Assembly: GCA_963812135.1 (NCBI GenBank)
Contig: CAWETU010000001.1
Location: 192,001-256,000, forward strand
Direction: 5' to 3'
Length of the DNA: 64,000 nucleotides
DNA from: Vulcanimicrobiota bacterium
GTDB lineage: Bacteria > Vulcanimicrobiota > Vulcanimicrobiia > Eremiobacterales > Eremiobacteraceae
Below are positions 27,945 to 38,337 of this stretch, one piece after another. The position numbers were made by a program, and so were the translations under genes. The first letter of the stretch is position 1; each line of letters opens with the position of its first letter. Under the pieces are notes generated by a model. That model did no database searches. It saw only the letters and a program-made list of their open reading frames with translations, and was not told the DNA's origin.

Positions 27945-29516
27945 TCCGTAGCGGCTCAACTCGTTCGCGATGCGCGTTCCCTGGTAGCGCGCGAGGGTCA
28001 TCACCGAAAGCATCGGGTTCGCGCCGCACGACGTCGGGAACACCGACGCATCGCAGACCACAAGATTGCGCACCCCATGCGTCTCACCGCGCGAGTTGAC
28101 GACCGATCGTTTCGGGTCTTCGCCCATCTTGAGCGTCGCTTGGCAGTGCGCCGATGTGATCAGCGTCTGAAACGGTAAGAACTCGAGCTTGTCGCACTGC
28201 GCCGCGTCTTGCCGTTTCTTGAAGATCGTCGCCGCCATCGTGCCGGGGCGCTCCTCCGACGTCAACAGCGCTTCATTCGCTCCCGCGGCGAGCATGATCT
28301 CGATCCCGACACGCGCGGCGTATCGCAGGCGCGCTTTGTCGGGCTGCGTCAAGCGATAGCGGATAGCGGGCCGGCCGGTGCTGGCATCCCAATCGACGCG
28401 GTTCGCGCTGTCGGGCGTGTCGACGAGCATCGCGCCGAAGCCAGCGAGCTTCGAATATTGCGACATGATCGCGAAGTGGTCGGCTCCGATCCCCGGGATC
28501 GCGATCGCGGCATTCATCGGATGATCGAAAAGGCACTCGTAATAGAAGCCATGGCTGCCGTAGAAGTGATCGCTATAGATCGACCCGGTGATGCCGCGAT
28601 AGTTGACGAGCTGGCGGTCGAAGGTGCCGCCGATCGGCAGACTTGGGTGCAGCACCAGACCCTTGCCCATCAATTGCTGAGGGTCCGGGATCTGAGATCT
28701 TTGCAAGAGGGCTGGTGACGCGATCGCACCGGCGCTGAGGATGACGAGCTTGGCGCGGATGTCCAGCGGCCCGCGATCCACCGAGTTGGCCTCCGAGCCC
28801 GGCGTTGTCGGCCGAACGACGGCTTGCACGCCGGTCGCGAAGCGATCGTTGCCGCGCGCGGCGAAACCGATGCGCTGCACGTCGCAATGGTGCACGAGCT
28901 GCACGTTGCGGCGCTGCGCATCGCGCACATACGTCACCATCGTGCTCAGCTTTCGGTCGTACGAGCAACCTTGTCCGCAGAACCCGCAGCCGATGCAGTC
29001 GATCATGTTGAGCTCGAAGCGCTTGGTCGGTATGCCATTGGCCTTGCAGCCGGCCGCGAACAATTTGTTGTTGTCATTGATCTCGGCATCGCTCGGCGCA
29101 TGCACGTTGATGCGCCGGCGCACGTCGGCCAGACAGGTCGCCATGTTAAGGCCGGTGATGCCGAAGTCGTTCGAACCGCGGTCGAACGAGAACGGCCCGA
29201 CGCCGAACGCGCGCTTCCAGCCGTTCCAGACGTCTCTGATCGGATCGAACGAGAGGGCGTAGTTCACCGTCGTGCCGCCACCGACGCACTCGCCCCCGGT
29301 CACGGGTATCGCGCCGTCCACCGTCGTCCGCGCGCCCCGTTCCGCGAGGAGCACCGTCATGTCGAGCTCGCGCTGGTCGAAGAACTCGTGGGTGAAGTGG
29401 CCGCCCTTTTCAAGGAGGACGATCCGCTGCCCGGTATGCTCGGCGAGCGTCGCCGCCAGGACGCCGCCGGCCGCTCCCGATCCGATGATTACGATATCGG
29501 TCTCGAGCGCGCTCAT
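27936..29516 (-). CDS. GMC family oxidoreductase
   Basis: IIGSGAAGG, VGGGTTVN, CIGCGFCGQGC, LHPS, SAH, DASVFPT..GANP. Confidence 0.92.
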   Translation of the reverse strand: MSALETDIVIIGSGAAGGVLAATLAEHTGQRIVLLEKGGHFTHEFFDQRELDMTVLLAERGARTTVDGAIPVTGGECVGGGTTVNYALSFDPIRDVWNGWKRAFGVGPFSFDRGSNDFGITGLNMATCLADVRRRINVHAPSDAEINDNNKLFAAGCKANGIPTKRFELNMIDCIGCGFCGQGCSYDRKLSTMVTYVRDAQRRNVQLVHHCDVQRIGFAARGNDRFATGVQAVVRPTTPGSEANSVDRGPLDIRAKLVILSAGAIASPALLQRSQIPDPQQLMGKGLVLHPSLPIGGTFDRQLVNYRGITGSIYSDHFYGSHGFYYECLFDHPMNAAIAIPGIGADHFAIMSQYSKLAGFGAMLVDTPDSANRVDWDASTGRPAIRYRLTQPDKARLRYAARVGIEIMLAAGANEALLTSEERPGTMAATIFKKRQDAAQCDKLEFLPFQTLITSAHCQATLKMGEDPKRSVVNSRGETHGVRNLVVCDASVFPTSCGANPMLSVMTLARYQGTRIANELSRYGLS

Positions 29517-30152
29517 TGCGGACGCGGATGGAGCAGCGGGCCGGCATACCCGATGACCGGCCACGATGCGTCAAGCGAATAGGTCGCCACCATGACCAGC
29601 GTCTTCATCGAACGATAGAATCGCCGGCGAACCGCAAGCGCGCTGCGTGCCCAGAGCATCATGTAGGCGCGCTGGTCCGCCAGTCCAAGCTCCGTGAAGT
29701 GCGCGATTCCAGCCGGCCACCGAGCAGTCAGCGCCTGATACGCGCCGGCATCGCGCGTCGACTCGCACGCTCAGCGGCGCAACGGCATCTTTGTCGGACG
29801 CGCTGACGGGGAATTGATCGTTCTCGGCGGCGATCAGCGCCGGCGGCGGAGCCGTGAACAGTCGCAGGTCGTCGAACAGCACGAGGTTCGATTGCACGCC
29901 CGCGTCTTTGTCGATCGAAAAGATATTGTTGGCGCGGTGCTCGATGGTCTCCGGCGCCACCGCGGCGAAGCGAGGATCGTCTGACGGCAAGACCGCCCGC
30001 ACGATCGCGCCGAACACGTCCGGAGCTGCATTGGATACGGTGACCGCGTTGCGATCCAAGGCGACGCGCAGCAGACCGCCGTCGTGCAACCACTGCACCG
30101 ACGATGCGGCCGCGGCGAGCGCTCCAGCCACGACGAACTCTTTTCGATCCAT
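29513..30152 (-). CDS. GMC-associated small subunit with Tat-like signal (apparent +1 frameshift near 29755)
   Basis: Starts MDRKEFVV. After one extra base the frame reads ...FTELGLADQRAYMMLWARS...RFYRSMKTLVMVATYS...WPVIGYAGP and ends in an ATGA overlap with the GMC gene; resembles gluconate 2-dehydrogenase subunit 3. Confidence 0.7.
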
Positions 30153-31246
30153 CACAAACTGCGCAGTTGGATCTGAAGCCAACCCAACGTGGTCGCCGGC
30201 GCGACATTGGTATTGGCGAGTCGCGCCGCCTCGTTGATCGCATCGATCGCGTCCGCGGCACGCCGCGCGGCCGGCGCCCCGAGCGCCTCGACGGTCTTGC
30301 GGTATTCGCCCTCGGCCGATGCGTCGAACAGGAACTGCGTGCCGCCGAGCGCGTTGACCATGACGTCGCGCGCGGTCAGGCGCGCCTGGCGCAGCACTTC
30401 ATCCAGTTGGCGGCGCGCGGTCTCGCGATCGTCCTTCTCGAACTCGGGCATCGGCGGAAGTTTGTCCGGCGCGCGCAAGCACGCCAGCAGCCACTCGCGC
30501 GCCGCGCGCCGCAGGCCAGCGGATGTTTCGTCGAGCTCGGCGATCGCGTCACCGAGGCTGCCTTGCGCACGGCGTGCGATCGCGGCCGCCCGTTCTCGAG
30601 GCTGGCCGTACTCCGATATCAGCTGGCTCTCGATGTCTTCATCACTGATAGGTTCAAAGCGTACGGTGACGGTTCGCGAGCGGATCGTCTCGATGATGCT
30701 CTCGAGATGTTCGGTGGTGAGGAGGAAGAGCTTCCCTGGGTTCGGCTCTTCGAGCTCCTTGAGCAGCGCATTGTAGGTCGCGTCGTTGGTGACGTTGTCG
30801 AAATCGGGCAGAATCGCGACAAGCTTGTCGCCCTCGTAGCTCTTGAGGTTCATGAGCTGGATGATGCGGCGCGACGCCTCGATCCCGATATCTGCCGTCT
30901 TACGCTCTGGATTCCCGGCTAACGCATCGGCCGCGCGCACGAAGTCTTCGTTGACGATAATCGTGTCGCCCGAGCTCCCCGCGAGCCCGCGTTTGCAGGC
31001 GCCGCATTCCCCGCAATAGCCGGTTGGAAACGATTCCGGGTCCTCGCAGTGAAGTGAAAGCGCCAGCGCCAGCGCAAACGTTTTCTTACCCACCCCGCGT
31101 GGCCCATAGAAAAGATACGCATGGGCCAGATTGTCGCGGCCGACCCGGCGGAAGTATTCCACCACGTGGTTTTGATTGACGAAGCGCTTGGGCGCTTGCG
31201 GCCTCGGCGGCGCCTCGATAACGGCTTCGGTCTTGCGCTTCGGCAC
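30152..31246 (-). CDS. holB: DNA polymerase III delta' subunit
   Basis: HAYLFYGPRGVGK, C...CGECGAC, NALLKELEEP, TIRSR; lies downstream of tmk. Confidence 0.88.
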   Translation of the reverse strand: MPKRKTEAVIEAPPRPQAPKRFVNQNHVVEYFRRVGRDNLAHAYLFYGPRGVGKKTFALALALSLHCEDPESFPTGYCGECGACKRGLAGSSGDTIIVNEDFVRAADALAGNPERKTADIGIEASRRIIQLMNLKSYEGDKLVAILPDFDNVTNDATYNALLKELEEPNPGKLFLLTTEHLESIIETIRSRTVTVRFEPISDEDIESQLISEYGQPRERAAAIARRAQGSLGDAIAELDETSAGLRRAAREWLLACLRAPDKLPPMPEFEKDDRETARRQLDEVLRQARLTARDVMVNALGGTQFLFDASAEGEYRKTVEALGAPAARRAADAIDAINEAARLANTNVAPATTLGWLQIQLRSL

Positions 31247-31338
31247 GCGTTGCGATTTCGGCGAAACGCAAGGGCCGGCCTCGTCTCTGGTTTAGGGCGC
31301 GACAGGATGGGCACGTGTATCACACCAGGAGAACCATC

Positions 31339-31737
31339 ATGATTCGATTCTCGAGGCTCTTCCTTATTTGCGCCGGCTTCGCGCTTCTGCCCCTTCCCTC
31401 GCTGGCGGACACCAGTACGCCCGACTTGCATTTCATCGTCAACATCACCCCGCGACTTCTCGGCGGCGTCCCATGGACCGGCGAACTCACGTTCCATGTG
31501 AGTCCGGACGGGATCATCAACGGCACCTACAAGAGCACGTCGGTGAAACCCGACCCCTTCTACGGCAAGATCATCACCGTGACTGGAGCGCTGAGCCAGA
31601 AGAACATCAGGCTCGAATTCGGCTTGCGGGGCAATTTCGCCGTCGACGGCACGTACGAACCTGGAGTGGGGATCGTCGGCACGGCGCTCTCGGCCGGTGG
31701 GGCATGGTACGATTTCGTCGCGAAACAAGTGAAGTAG
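31339..31737 (+). CDS. Secreted hypothetical protein
   Basis: AGGAG SD, signal peptide ending PSLA-D, beta-rich mature part. Confidence 0.75.
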   Translation: MIRFSRLFLICAGFALLPLPSLADTSTPDLHFIVNITPRLLGGVPWTGELTFHVSPDGIINGTYKSTSVKPDPFYGKIITVTGALSQKNIRLEFGLRGNFAVDGTYEPGVGIVGTALSAGGAWYDFVAKQVK

Positions 31738-31765
31738 CCTTGTAGCGGTCGAATTTATTCGACCG

Positions 31766-32395
31766 CTAAGCGCCGGCGCGGCGGGTGAGGATCACCTCGC
31801 GCACCTGCGAGGCGAGCTCCTCTTCCGGTCGCGTGCCATCGAGGACGATCACGCGACCGGGGTCGGCCGCTGCGACGCGCCGGTAACCTTCGGCGACGCG
31901 CTCGTGGAAATCGCGTTTCTCGCGCTCCATGCGGTCCGTCGTACGTTTGCGGCCGCGAAGCCGCTCGCGCGAAATCGAGACGGGGATGTCCAGCAGAAAC
32001 GTCACGTCGGGCGCGAGATTGCGCGCCGCGAACATCGTGATCTGCATGAGCGTCTCGACCGGCAGCTTGCGGCCGTAACCTTGATACGCGAGCGTGGCGT
32101 CCCAGAAGCGGTCGCACACCACGATGCGGCCTTCCTCGAGCGCGGGCTCGATGACCTTATCGACGAGCTCAGCCCGCGATGCCGACAGCAAGAGCGTCTC
32201 GGCCTCACGCGACATCTGGCCCAGCGGGTCGATCAGCAGCTCGCGCAGTTTCTCGCCGAGCGTCGTGCCGCCAGGCTCCCGGGTGAAGATGAACGGGATC
32301 GTGGTCTGCGCGAGATAGTCGTGCAGCAGCTGGACCTGCGTCGTCTTGCCTGCGCCCTCGATACCCTCGAAGGTGACGAACAGCCCTCGAGCTAT
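31766..32395 (-). CDS. tmk: Thymidylate kinase; likely ATA start
   Basis: In frame upstream of the listed [22 protein letters not shown]...TREPGGT; then CDRF.D.T.AYQG and DRME. Confidence 0.93.
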   Translation of the reverse strand: MARGLFVTFEGIEGAGKTTQVQLLHDYLAQTTIPFIFTREPGGTTLGEKLRELLIDPLGQMSREAETLLLSASRAELVDKVIEPALEEGRIVVCDRFWDATLAYQGYGRKLPVETLMQITMFAARNLAPDVTFLLDIPVSISRERLRGRKRTTDRMEREKRDFHERVAEGYRRVAAADPGRVIVLDGTRPEEELASQVREVILTRRAGA

Positions 32396-34014
32396 TGAAG
32401 CGCTTCCTTGAAGAGGCGCACGCGCCGGTTCGGTTCGGCGCCCGTCGAGCGCGACTGCAGGTTGTATTTCTCCGCCATCTGGTGCTGCAGCCGGCGGATG
32501 TACGAGGATTGCGGCGAGAGCTCGACCGGCTTGCTGTGCAGCATGACCTGGTAGACGGCCTCTTCCGCCTCGCGTAGCGCGAGCTCTTCGTCATCCATGG
32601 TCGGCAGATCGAAAAGATCGCGCATGCACGACTGGATCTGTGAGGTGGTGTTGGTCTTAAGCGCGTAGATCGGCACGTTCTGCGCCGCCATAGCCTTGAG
32701 TTTGCCGTGGTCGCGGCGCTCGAGCGCCTTGAGGGTGAGCACGACGTCGGCATCATCCCAGTGCCGCACTACTTGGGCTGGCACCCGCAGGTTGGAGACG
32801 GCGCGCTCGATCTTCGAGCGGCTCACGCCATAGGGGAACACGCGGACCGTCTCGTTCGCGCTGTCCTCCTCTTCCGGCTCGACCTCGAAGGGCGCGCTCA
32901 ACGCGCGCGCGATCGGCGACCGCGCAACACCGCTCCGGTGGTGCCCATTTCCGTTGCCGCCGTCGTAGCGCGTCTGGACAGTCTGCGCTTCGGCCTGCTG
33001 CACAACTTCGACGCCACCGCGCTCGTTGCGGACGCGGATCTCCGGCTTGGGCTCGTGACCGCGCAGCATGGCATCGACGACGTCGTCGATCGGCGCGTGG
33101 ATGGCCAGCCGGTTGCGGTCTTGGATCTCGATGACGACGTCGAAGGTGGGCGGCGCTTTGCGCTCGAGCACGGTCTTGCGCGTGCCGCGGCGCTTGGCTT
33201 CTTCGTCCGACAGCGTGACCGCGCCGATGCCGCCGATCAGGTCGGACAATGTCGGATTGACCATGAGGTTGTCGAGATCGATGCCGTGCGCGGTGCCGAT
33301 GAGCTGCACGCCGCGCTCGGCGATCGTACGCGCCGCCAGCGCCTCGGCTTCAGTGCCGATCTCGTCGATCACGATCACTTCGGGCATGTGGTTCTCGACC
33401 GCTTCGATCATCACGGCGTGCTGGTTCGAAGGCGTGTCGACTTGCATGCGGCGCGCGTGGCCTATGCCGGCGTGCGGCACATCGCCATCGCCCGCGATCT
33501 CGTTGCTCGTGTCCACTATGACGACGCGTTTGCGCAGATCGCCGGAGGACAGCACGCGCGCCACTTCGCGCAGCATCGTCGTCTTGCCGACGCCCGGCTT
33601 GCCGAGCAGTAAAATGGATTTGCCCGCGCGCACGACGTCGAGGATGATGTCTATCGTGCCATAGACGGCGCGCCCGACGCGGCTCGTCAGACCGACGATC
33701 TTGCCGGAGCGGTTGCGCAAGCACGAGATGCGGTGCAGCGTCTGCTCGATGCCCGCGCGGTTGTCTTTGCCGAACGCCCCGATGCGCCCGACCACGTAGG
33801 CGATGTCGTCCGCATCGACCGGCACCTGCGAGAGGTAGCAGAAGTCATGCGGAAAACGGGCCTCCGGCAGGCGGCCGAGGTCGAGAATCACTTCGATGAG
33901 GTCGTGGAGATTCGAGAGCCGCGTGAGCGCCTGGCGGATAGCCGGCGGAAAGATGTCGAGGAGCGCGTAGAGTTCCCAGTCGCCGCTTTCGTTCGCGGCA
34001 AGGTCCTCTTTCAA
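32392..34014 (-). CDS. Ycf45/SpoIIIAA-like AAA ATPase with C-terminal R3H domain
   Basis: [42 protein letters not shown], and R3H motif RRLQH. Confidence 0.92.
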   Translation of the reverse strand: MKEDLAANESGDWELYALLDIFPPAIRQALTRLSNLHDLIEVILDLGRLPEARFPHDFCYLSQVPVDADDIAYVVGRIGAFGKDNRAGIEQTLHRISCLRNRSGKIVGLTSRVGRAVYGTIDIILDVVRAGKSILLLGKPGVGKTTMLREVARVLSSGDLRKRVVIVDTSNEIAGDGDVPHAGIGHARRMQVDTPSNQHAVMIEAVENHMPEVIVIDEIGTEAEALAARTIAERGVQLIGTAHGIDLDNLMVNPTLSDLIGGIGAVTLSDEEAKRRGTRKTVLERKAPPTFDVVIEIQDRNRLAIHAPIDDVVDAMLRGHEPKPEIRVRNERGGVEVVQQAEAQTVQTRYDGGNGNGHHRSGVARSPIARALSAPFEVEPEEEDSANETVRVFPYGVSRSKIERAVSNLRVPAQVVRHWDDADVVLTLKALERRDHGKLKAMAAQNVPIYALKTNTTSQIQSCMRDLFDLPTMDDEELALREAEEAVYQVMLHSKPVELSPQSSYIRRLQHQMAEKYNLQSRSTGAEPNRRVRLFKEALQ

Positions 34015-34034
34015 GTAATCGTCACCTCTCGGTG

Positions 34035-35531
34035 TTATTTCTCTGGAAGCACGCGGATGGTGCGCAGCTTATCGTCCACCGGGCCTTGGATGTGGACGCC
34101 GGCTTTGAGCTCCAGCCGCAGATAATCGATGATCTCTTTCGTCAGTCGCTCCCCCGGACACACGATGGGGATGCCGGGCGGATATGGCGTCACCACCTCT
34201 GCGCAGACGCGCCCTGCACTGCTTCTGAACGGTACTTCGACGTGATCGCTCAGGAAGGCCTCCCTAGGCGTCACGACGAGTTCGGGAATCGGGGGTAAAC
34301 GGTATGATTTTTTCTTAATGCGCTCGTCGAGAACGCCCGTCGGGGAGTAGATGTCGATCTGGCGGTCCTCGCGCGCCAGTTCGGCGACGGCATAGACGAG
34401 CCGGTCGATGTGGTCTTGCGTGCTTCCGATGCTGACCAGCGCGACGACATTGAACAGATCCGCCAGCTCGACTTGGACGTTGTAGCGGTTGCGCAGTATC
34501 TGGTCCGCCTCGTAGCCGGTGTAGCCGAGACCTTTGACCGTGATGACGATGCGCGTTTCATCGTAGCCCGCTACCCCGGGCCGGCCGATCTGGTCGGTCC
34601 CCATGCAGTAGACGCCGCGCACCGCGTTGAGCCGCTGGCGTGCGTCGCGAGAAAGCGCCAGCGTGCGGCCGAGCAGCGCTTCTCCCTGCGTCGCCATCTG
34701 CATGCGCGCGACGTCGAGCGACGCCAGCAGCACCTGGTTCGGGCTCGTGCTCTGGAAGATTCGCAGGGTGCTGCGCAGCCGTCCGACGTCGATGCGCGAA
34801 CCACGGGTATGGATCATCGAGGCCTGGCTCATGGCGGACAGCAGCTTGTGGGTCGAGTTGACGCAGACATCGGCGCCGATCGACGTGGCCGAAGGCGGCA
34901 GCTCGGGATGGAAATGCAGGTGCGGTCCCCACGCCTCATCGACCAGGAAGAGTTTGTCCTTGGAATGGGCGAGCTGCTCGATCGCCTGCAAGTCGGCGGT
35001 CGCGCCATAGTACGTGGGGCTCGTGATGAACACGGCCTTGACCTCGGGATGTTCCGCGAGCGTCCGCTCGACGGTCTGCGGCGTCACGCAGTGGTCGACG
35101 TGCAGCGCCTGATCGACTTCCGGCTGCATATAGACGGGACGCGCCGCGCTCATGATGAGCGCGCTGACGGCCGACTTGTGGCTGTTGCGCGGGAGCGCGA
35201 CCGCGTCTCCTGGACGCAACGCGGTCATCAGCATCGCCTGATTGCCGGCCGTGGAGCCGTTGATGAGGAAGTGCGTCGTGTCGGCGCCCCATGCGTGGGC
35301 GGCGAGCTTGTGCGCGTCGAGCAGCGGACCGGACGGCATGTTGAGGTCGTCGAGATTGCCGACCTGCGTCAAGTCGATCGCCGTGACGTTGTCGCCGATG
35401 AAGTCGCGCAGGCGCTTGTGCATGCCGATGCCCTGCTTGTGGCCAGGCGTGTGGAACGGGATCGTGCCGGAGGTGACGTAGTCCATGAGCACGTCGAAAT
35501 AGGGCGTACGGCGCTGATCGAGTCGGGGCAC
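34035..35531 (-). CDS. Orn/Lys/Arg decarboxylase (PLP fold I)
   Basis: FHTPGHK, NGST, RNSHKS, DEAWG, STHK, STSP, PYPPGIP; SD AAGGAG before GTG 35531. Confidence 0.93.
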   Translation of the reverse strand: MPRLDQRRTPYFDVLMDYVTSGTIPFHTPGHKQGIGMHKRLRDFIGDNVTAIDLTQVGNLDDLNMPSGPLLDAHKLAAHAWGADTTHFLINGSTAGNQAMLMTALRPGDAVALPRNSHKSAVSALIMSAARPVYMQPEVDQALHVDHCVTPQTVERTLAEHPEVKAVFITSPTYYGATADLQAIEQLAHSKDKLFLVDEAWGPHLHFHPELPPSATSIGADVCVNSTHKLLSAMSQASMIHTRGSRIDVGRLRSTLRIFQSTSPNQVLLASLDVARMQMATQGEALLGRTLALSRDARQRLNAVRGVYCMGTDQIGRPGVAGYDETRIVITVKGLGYTGYEADQILRNRYNVQVELADLFNVVALVSIGSTQDHIDRLVYAVAELAREDRQIDIYSPTGVLDERIKKKSYRLPPIPELVVTPREAFLSDHVEVPFRSSAGRVCAEVVTPYPPGIPIVCPGERLTKEIIDYLRLELKAGVHIQGPVDDKLRTIRVLPEK

Positions 35532-35623
35532 GAGGTTCGGCTCCTTTAAATGATGTGTAGAGCCCGAGCGAATGCTCGGGTGTTCCTGCAAGCGGACGCT
35601 CGCAGGCGCGCGAGGAGCCTAAA

Positions 35624-35701
35624 TTACCAGAATTCCCAGAACTGCCGGCAGACGGGGAGCAGCCGGTGAAGTTGATCGAGACGGGCGACGTGCCGATCCA
35701 T
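35624..35701 (-). CDS. Putative 25-aa leader peptide MDRHVARLDQLHRLLPVCRQFWEFW
   Basis: uORF read manually inside the roughly 245-nt leader of the decarboxylase; no strong SD seen. Confidence 0.5.
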   Translation of the reverse strand: MDRHVARLDQLHRLLPVCRQFWEFW

Positions 35702-35780
35702 GAAGGTACGTTTTTCGGGATTGTGGCTCCGCGCCCTTTCATCACAGTTTGAACACTCGGCGGCACGGAGCGTCGATCTG

Positions 35781-35813
35781 TGTTACACTACGAGGACAAC
35801 GATATATCGTCAA
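35781..35813. promoter_or_regulatory. Bidirectional promoter with palindrome
   Basis: Minus strand TTGACG-N17-TAGTGT; plus strand extended -10 TG-n-TACACT; palindrome ACGATATATCGT at 35799-35810. Confidence 0.6.
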
Positions 35814-35864
35814 TCTTACGGAGCGGCCGCAATCGCGGCCGCTCCTCATTTTCTAGGAGGCCCC

Positions 35865-36035
35865 GTGCCAACCACCATGCTCACGCCCGAAAACGAATCG
35901 ATCGATCCAGGCGACGAGATCGCCCATGAAATCGCCCAGCACGGGGACCCCGTGTTAGGTTTTGCGCGAGTCATCACGCACGTACACCCGACCGCAAATG
36001 TCTTCCGTGGCTGGGGCCCAAAGGTCTTGGCCTAA
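35865..36035 (+). CDS. 56-aa small protein of unknown function
   Basis: AGGAGG before GTG 35865 (alternative ATG 35877); preceded by an 11-bp hairpin. Confidence 0.6.
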   Translation: MPTTMLTPENESIDPGDEIAHEIAQHGDPVLGFARVITHVHPTANVFRGWGPKVLA

Positions 36036-36058
36036 GCCAGGAGAAGGGCGGCGTCCTG

Positions 36059-37039
36059 ATGAGAGCGCTGCGCATCAGCAAGCCCGGCGGCCCCGAGGTG
36101 CTCGAGGTCGCTGACGTACCGGCGCCGGAACCAAAGCGTGACGAGTTGCTCGTCCGCGTGCGGGCCGCCGGCGTCAATCGCGCGGACACGATGCAGCGGC
36201 GCGGCCACTATCCCCCACCGCCTGGATTCCCCGAAGATATCCCCGGACTCGAATTCGCGGGCGAGGTTGCAGCGACCGGCTCGGACGTCCGGCACCATCG
36301 CGTCGGACAGCGTGTATTCGGCTTGACAGGTGGCGGCGCGCAAGCCGAGTACTTGGTCGTTCCCGAGACGCTCGCGCTTCCCACGCCCGAGGGGCTTTCC
36401 GACATCGAAGCGGGTGCGATCCCGGAAGCCTACATCACCGCACACGATGCGCTCTTGACGCAAGGATCGCTGGCGCCGGGTGAGACGGTGCTCATCCATG
36501 CCATCGGTTCCGGAGTTGGGCTTGCGGCGCTGCAGATCGCGCATGCTATGGGCTGCAAGGTGTTGGGGACGTCGCGCAGTCCCGCAAAGTTGGCGGACGC
36601 GGTCGCGCTCGGATTAGATGTGCCAATCGACGTCGCTACAGAGCTGTTCGACGACGCGGTGATGCGCGCGACGCACGGCCGCGGCGTGGACGTCATCATC
36701 GATTTCATCGGCGCCGATTATTTCGAGCGGAATCTCAACTCGCTGGCGACCAAAGGCCGTCTGATCTTCGTCTCAACGCTCAGCGGGACCGAGGTCGCCC
36801 TGTCTATCCGGGTTTTGATGGCGAAACGGCTCCGGCTCGCGGGAACGATGCTGCGCCACCGCTCGCTCGATGAGAAGGTCGCGGCGACGCGCGCGTTTGC
36901 CCACCAGGTGTTGCCGTTGCTGGCGAATGGCGCGATCAAGGTGCCGATCGACCACGTCTATCCGGTGGCCGACGCGGCCGCCGCCCACCGGCGCATGGAA
37001 GCGAACGAGAACTTCGGAAAACTGGTGCTCGAGATCTGA
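36059..37039 (+). CDS. NAD(P)H:quinone oxidoreductase (PIG3/zeta-crystallin MDR)
   Basis: GGPEVL, AAGVNRAD..QR.G.YPPP, GLEFAG, SGVG.AA.Q, N.GK.VL. Confidence 0.92.
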   Translation: MRALRISKPGGPEVLEVADVPAPEPKRDELLVRVRAAGVNRADTMQRRGHYPPPPGFPEDIPGLEFAGEVAATGSDVRHHRVGQRVFGLTGGGAQAEYLVVPETLALPTPEGLSDIEAGAIPEAYITAHDALLTQGSLAPGETVLIHAIGSGVGLAALQIAHAMGCKVLGTSRSPAKLADAVALGLDVPIDVATELFDDAVMRATHGRGVDVIIDFIGADYFERNLNSLATKGRLIFVSTLSGTEVALSIRVLMAKRLRLAGTMLRHRSLDEKVAATRAFAHQVLPLLANGAIKVPIDHVYPVADAAAAHRRMEANENFGKLVLEI

Positions 37040-37045
37040 CGCGAG

Positions 37046-37735
37046 CTACGCGGTCGCGGGCCTCCACGCGTCGCCTTTTCGGACCGTGCCGCCGTTGACG
37101 ACTGAGCAATAGACGCCGAAGATGCCGTCGTGCTTCTCGACGATGAAGCGCAAGAACGCGGGGTCGATCTCCAACGTTTCCGGGTCGATCGTCGGTATCG
37201 CGCAACGCAGGTTCGGTTTGGCCGCTTCGAGTTCGACGTCTCCCACCGTAAAGCGCTTGCCGATCCATTCAAGCTCGGCATACGGTTTTGCATCCGGTCC
37301 GTCGAGCACGATGTTCGGCCGAAAACGCTTGTAACTCCGAAGCGATCCGTACTCTTGCGACAACGCGCGCGCCGATGCCAGGTTGATCACCAACACGTCT
37401 GAGTCGTCGTGGTTGTCGCCGGTCGTGTCTTCGTGCAACGCCATCGGCCGCCCAACTAGTGCCTGCAACGACTTCTCGAAATCCGGCGCGTCCGAGCGCA
37501 GCCGCGTGCCGTCAGGGGCGGCCACTGTGACCGCGCCGCCTTCGATGGATGCGGCGAAGCCGAGCAAATCTGGAACGTCGCGCGCTGTCAGGCGCTTGCC
37601 TGCGCGCAGCTCGCTCTGATCGACGAGCATGAAGCGGCGATCGCCTTCAGGTCCGCCTGTGTTGAAACGCAACGCGCCGAGCCGCTCGCCTTTGAACGAC
37701 TTCACCGGATAGCGCCACAGTTCGGCGACGTTCAG
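37046..37735 (-). CDS. MOSC domain protein; likely CTG start
   Basis: In-frame N-terminus NVAELWRYPVKS lies upstream of the listed start; GDRRF, RFRPNI, RC, G.V..GD. Confidence 0.88.
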   Translation of the reverse strand: MNVAELWRYPVKSFKGERLGALRFNTGGPEGDRRFMLVDQSELRAGKRLTARDVPDLLGFAASIEGGAVTVAAPDGTRLRSDAPDFEKSLQALVGRPMALHEDTTGDNHDDSDVLVINLASARALSQEYGSLRSYKRFRPNIVLDGPDAKPYAELEWIGKRFTVGDVELEAAKPNLRCAIPTIDPETLEIDPAFLRFIVEKHDGIFGVYCSVVNGGTVRKGDAWRPATA

Positions 37736-38262
37736 GATTCGATCCGCTCTTCGATCGACACGTCGTACAGGAACAGGAACTTATACCACTCGCCCGGCAC
37801 GGTGTGACGCTTGACCTGGATCCACGGGATGTACTTCGGCCGGCGCGGCTTGCGCAGCAGATGCAGGTTCGCGTCTTGCGGCGTGCGGTTGTTCTTGCGG
37901 TTGTTGCACGTCAGACACGCGCAGACGAGATTCTCCCACGTCGACGGACCGCCCGCGCTCTTGGGCACGATGTGGTCGACCGTCATGGGACCGTTCGACT
38001 TGTGGCCGCAATACTGACAGCGATAGTCGTCGCGCAGCAGCACGTTCTTCTTCGTGAGCGCGACCTGTTGGCGCGGCCGGCGGATGTAGTACAGCATGCG
38101 GATGATCGAGGGCATGCGCATCTGGAACGTCGCCGCGCGCAGTAGCCGCTCGTGCTGGTGGAGCACCTCGGCCTTGCCGGCGAAGACGAGCTTGACCGCG
38201 CGCTGCAGCGACGTGACGTTGAGCGCTTCGTAGGTTGCGTTGAGGACCAGCACGTCTGTCAC
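37732..38262 (-). CDS. HNH endonuclease family protein
   Basis: VLVLNA.YE, RD..RCQYCG, TVDHIVP...GG.STWENLV.AC..CN..K. Confidence 0.92.
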   Translation of the reverse strand: MTDVLVLNATYEALNVTSLQRAVKLVFAGKAEVLHQHERLLRAATFQMRMPSIIRMLYYIRRPRQQVALTKKNVLLRDDYRCQYCGHKSNGPMTVDHIVPKSAGGPSTWENLVCACLTCNNRKNNRTPQDANLHLLRKPRRPKYIPWIQVKRHTVPGEWYKFLFLYDVSIEERIES

Positions 38263-38337
38263 GACGCCTGCTCCCTACCTGCGGCTCGCATGGTACTACT
38301 GTCTTGGGCGCTTGGGGGGAGGTCGCCCTGCTAACCC

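Noticed and set aside
37732..38262. HNH nuclease as a defence system or homing element
   Set aside because: It is a small stand-alone HNH of a widespread chromosomal type, with no methylase, intron or repeat context.
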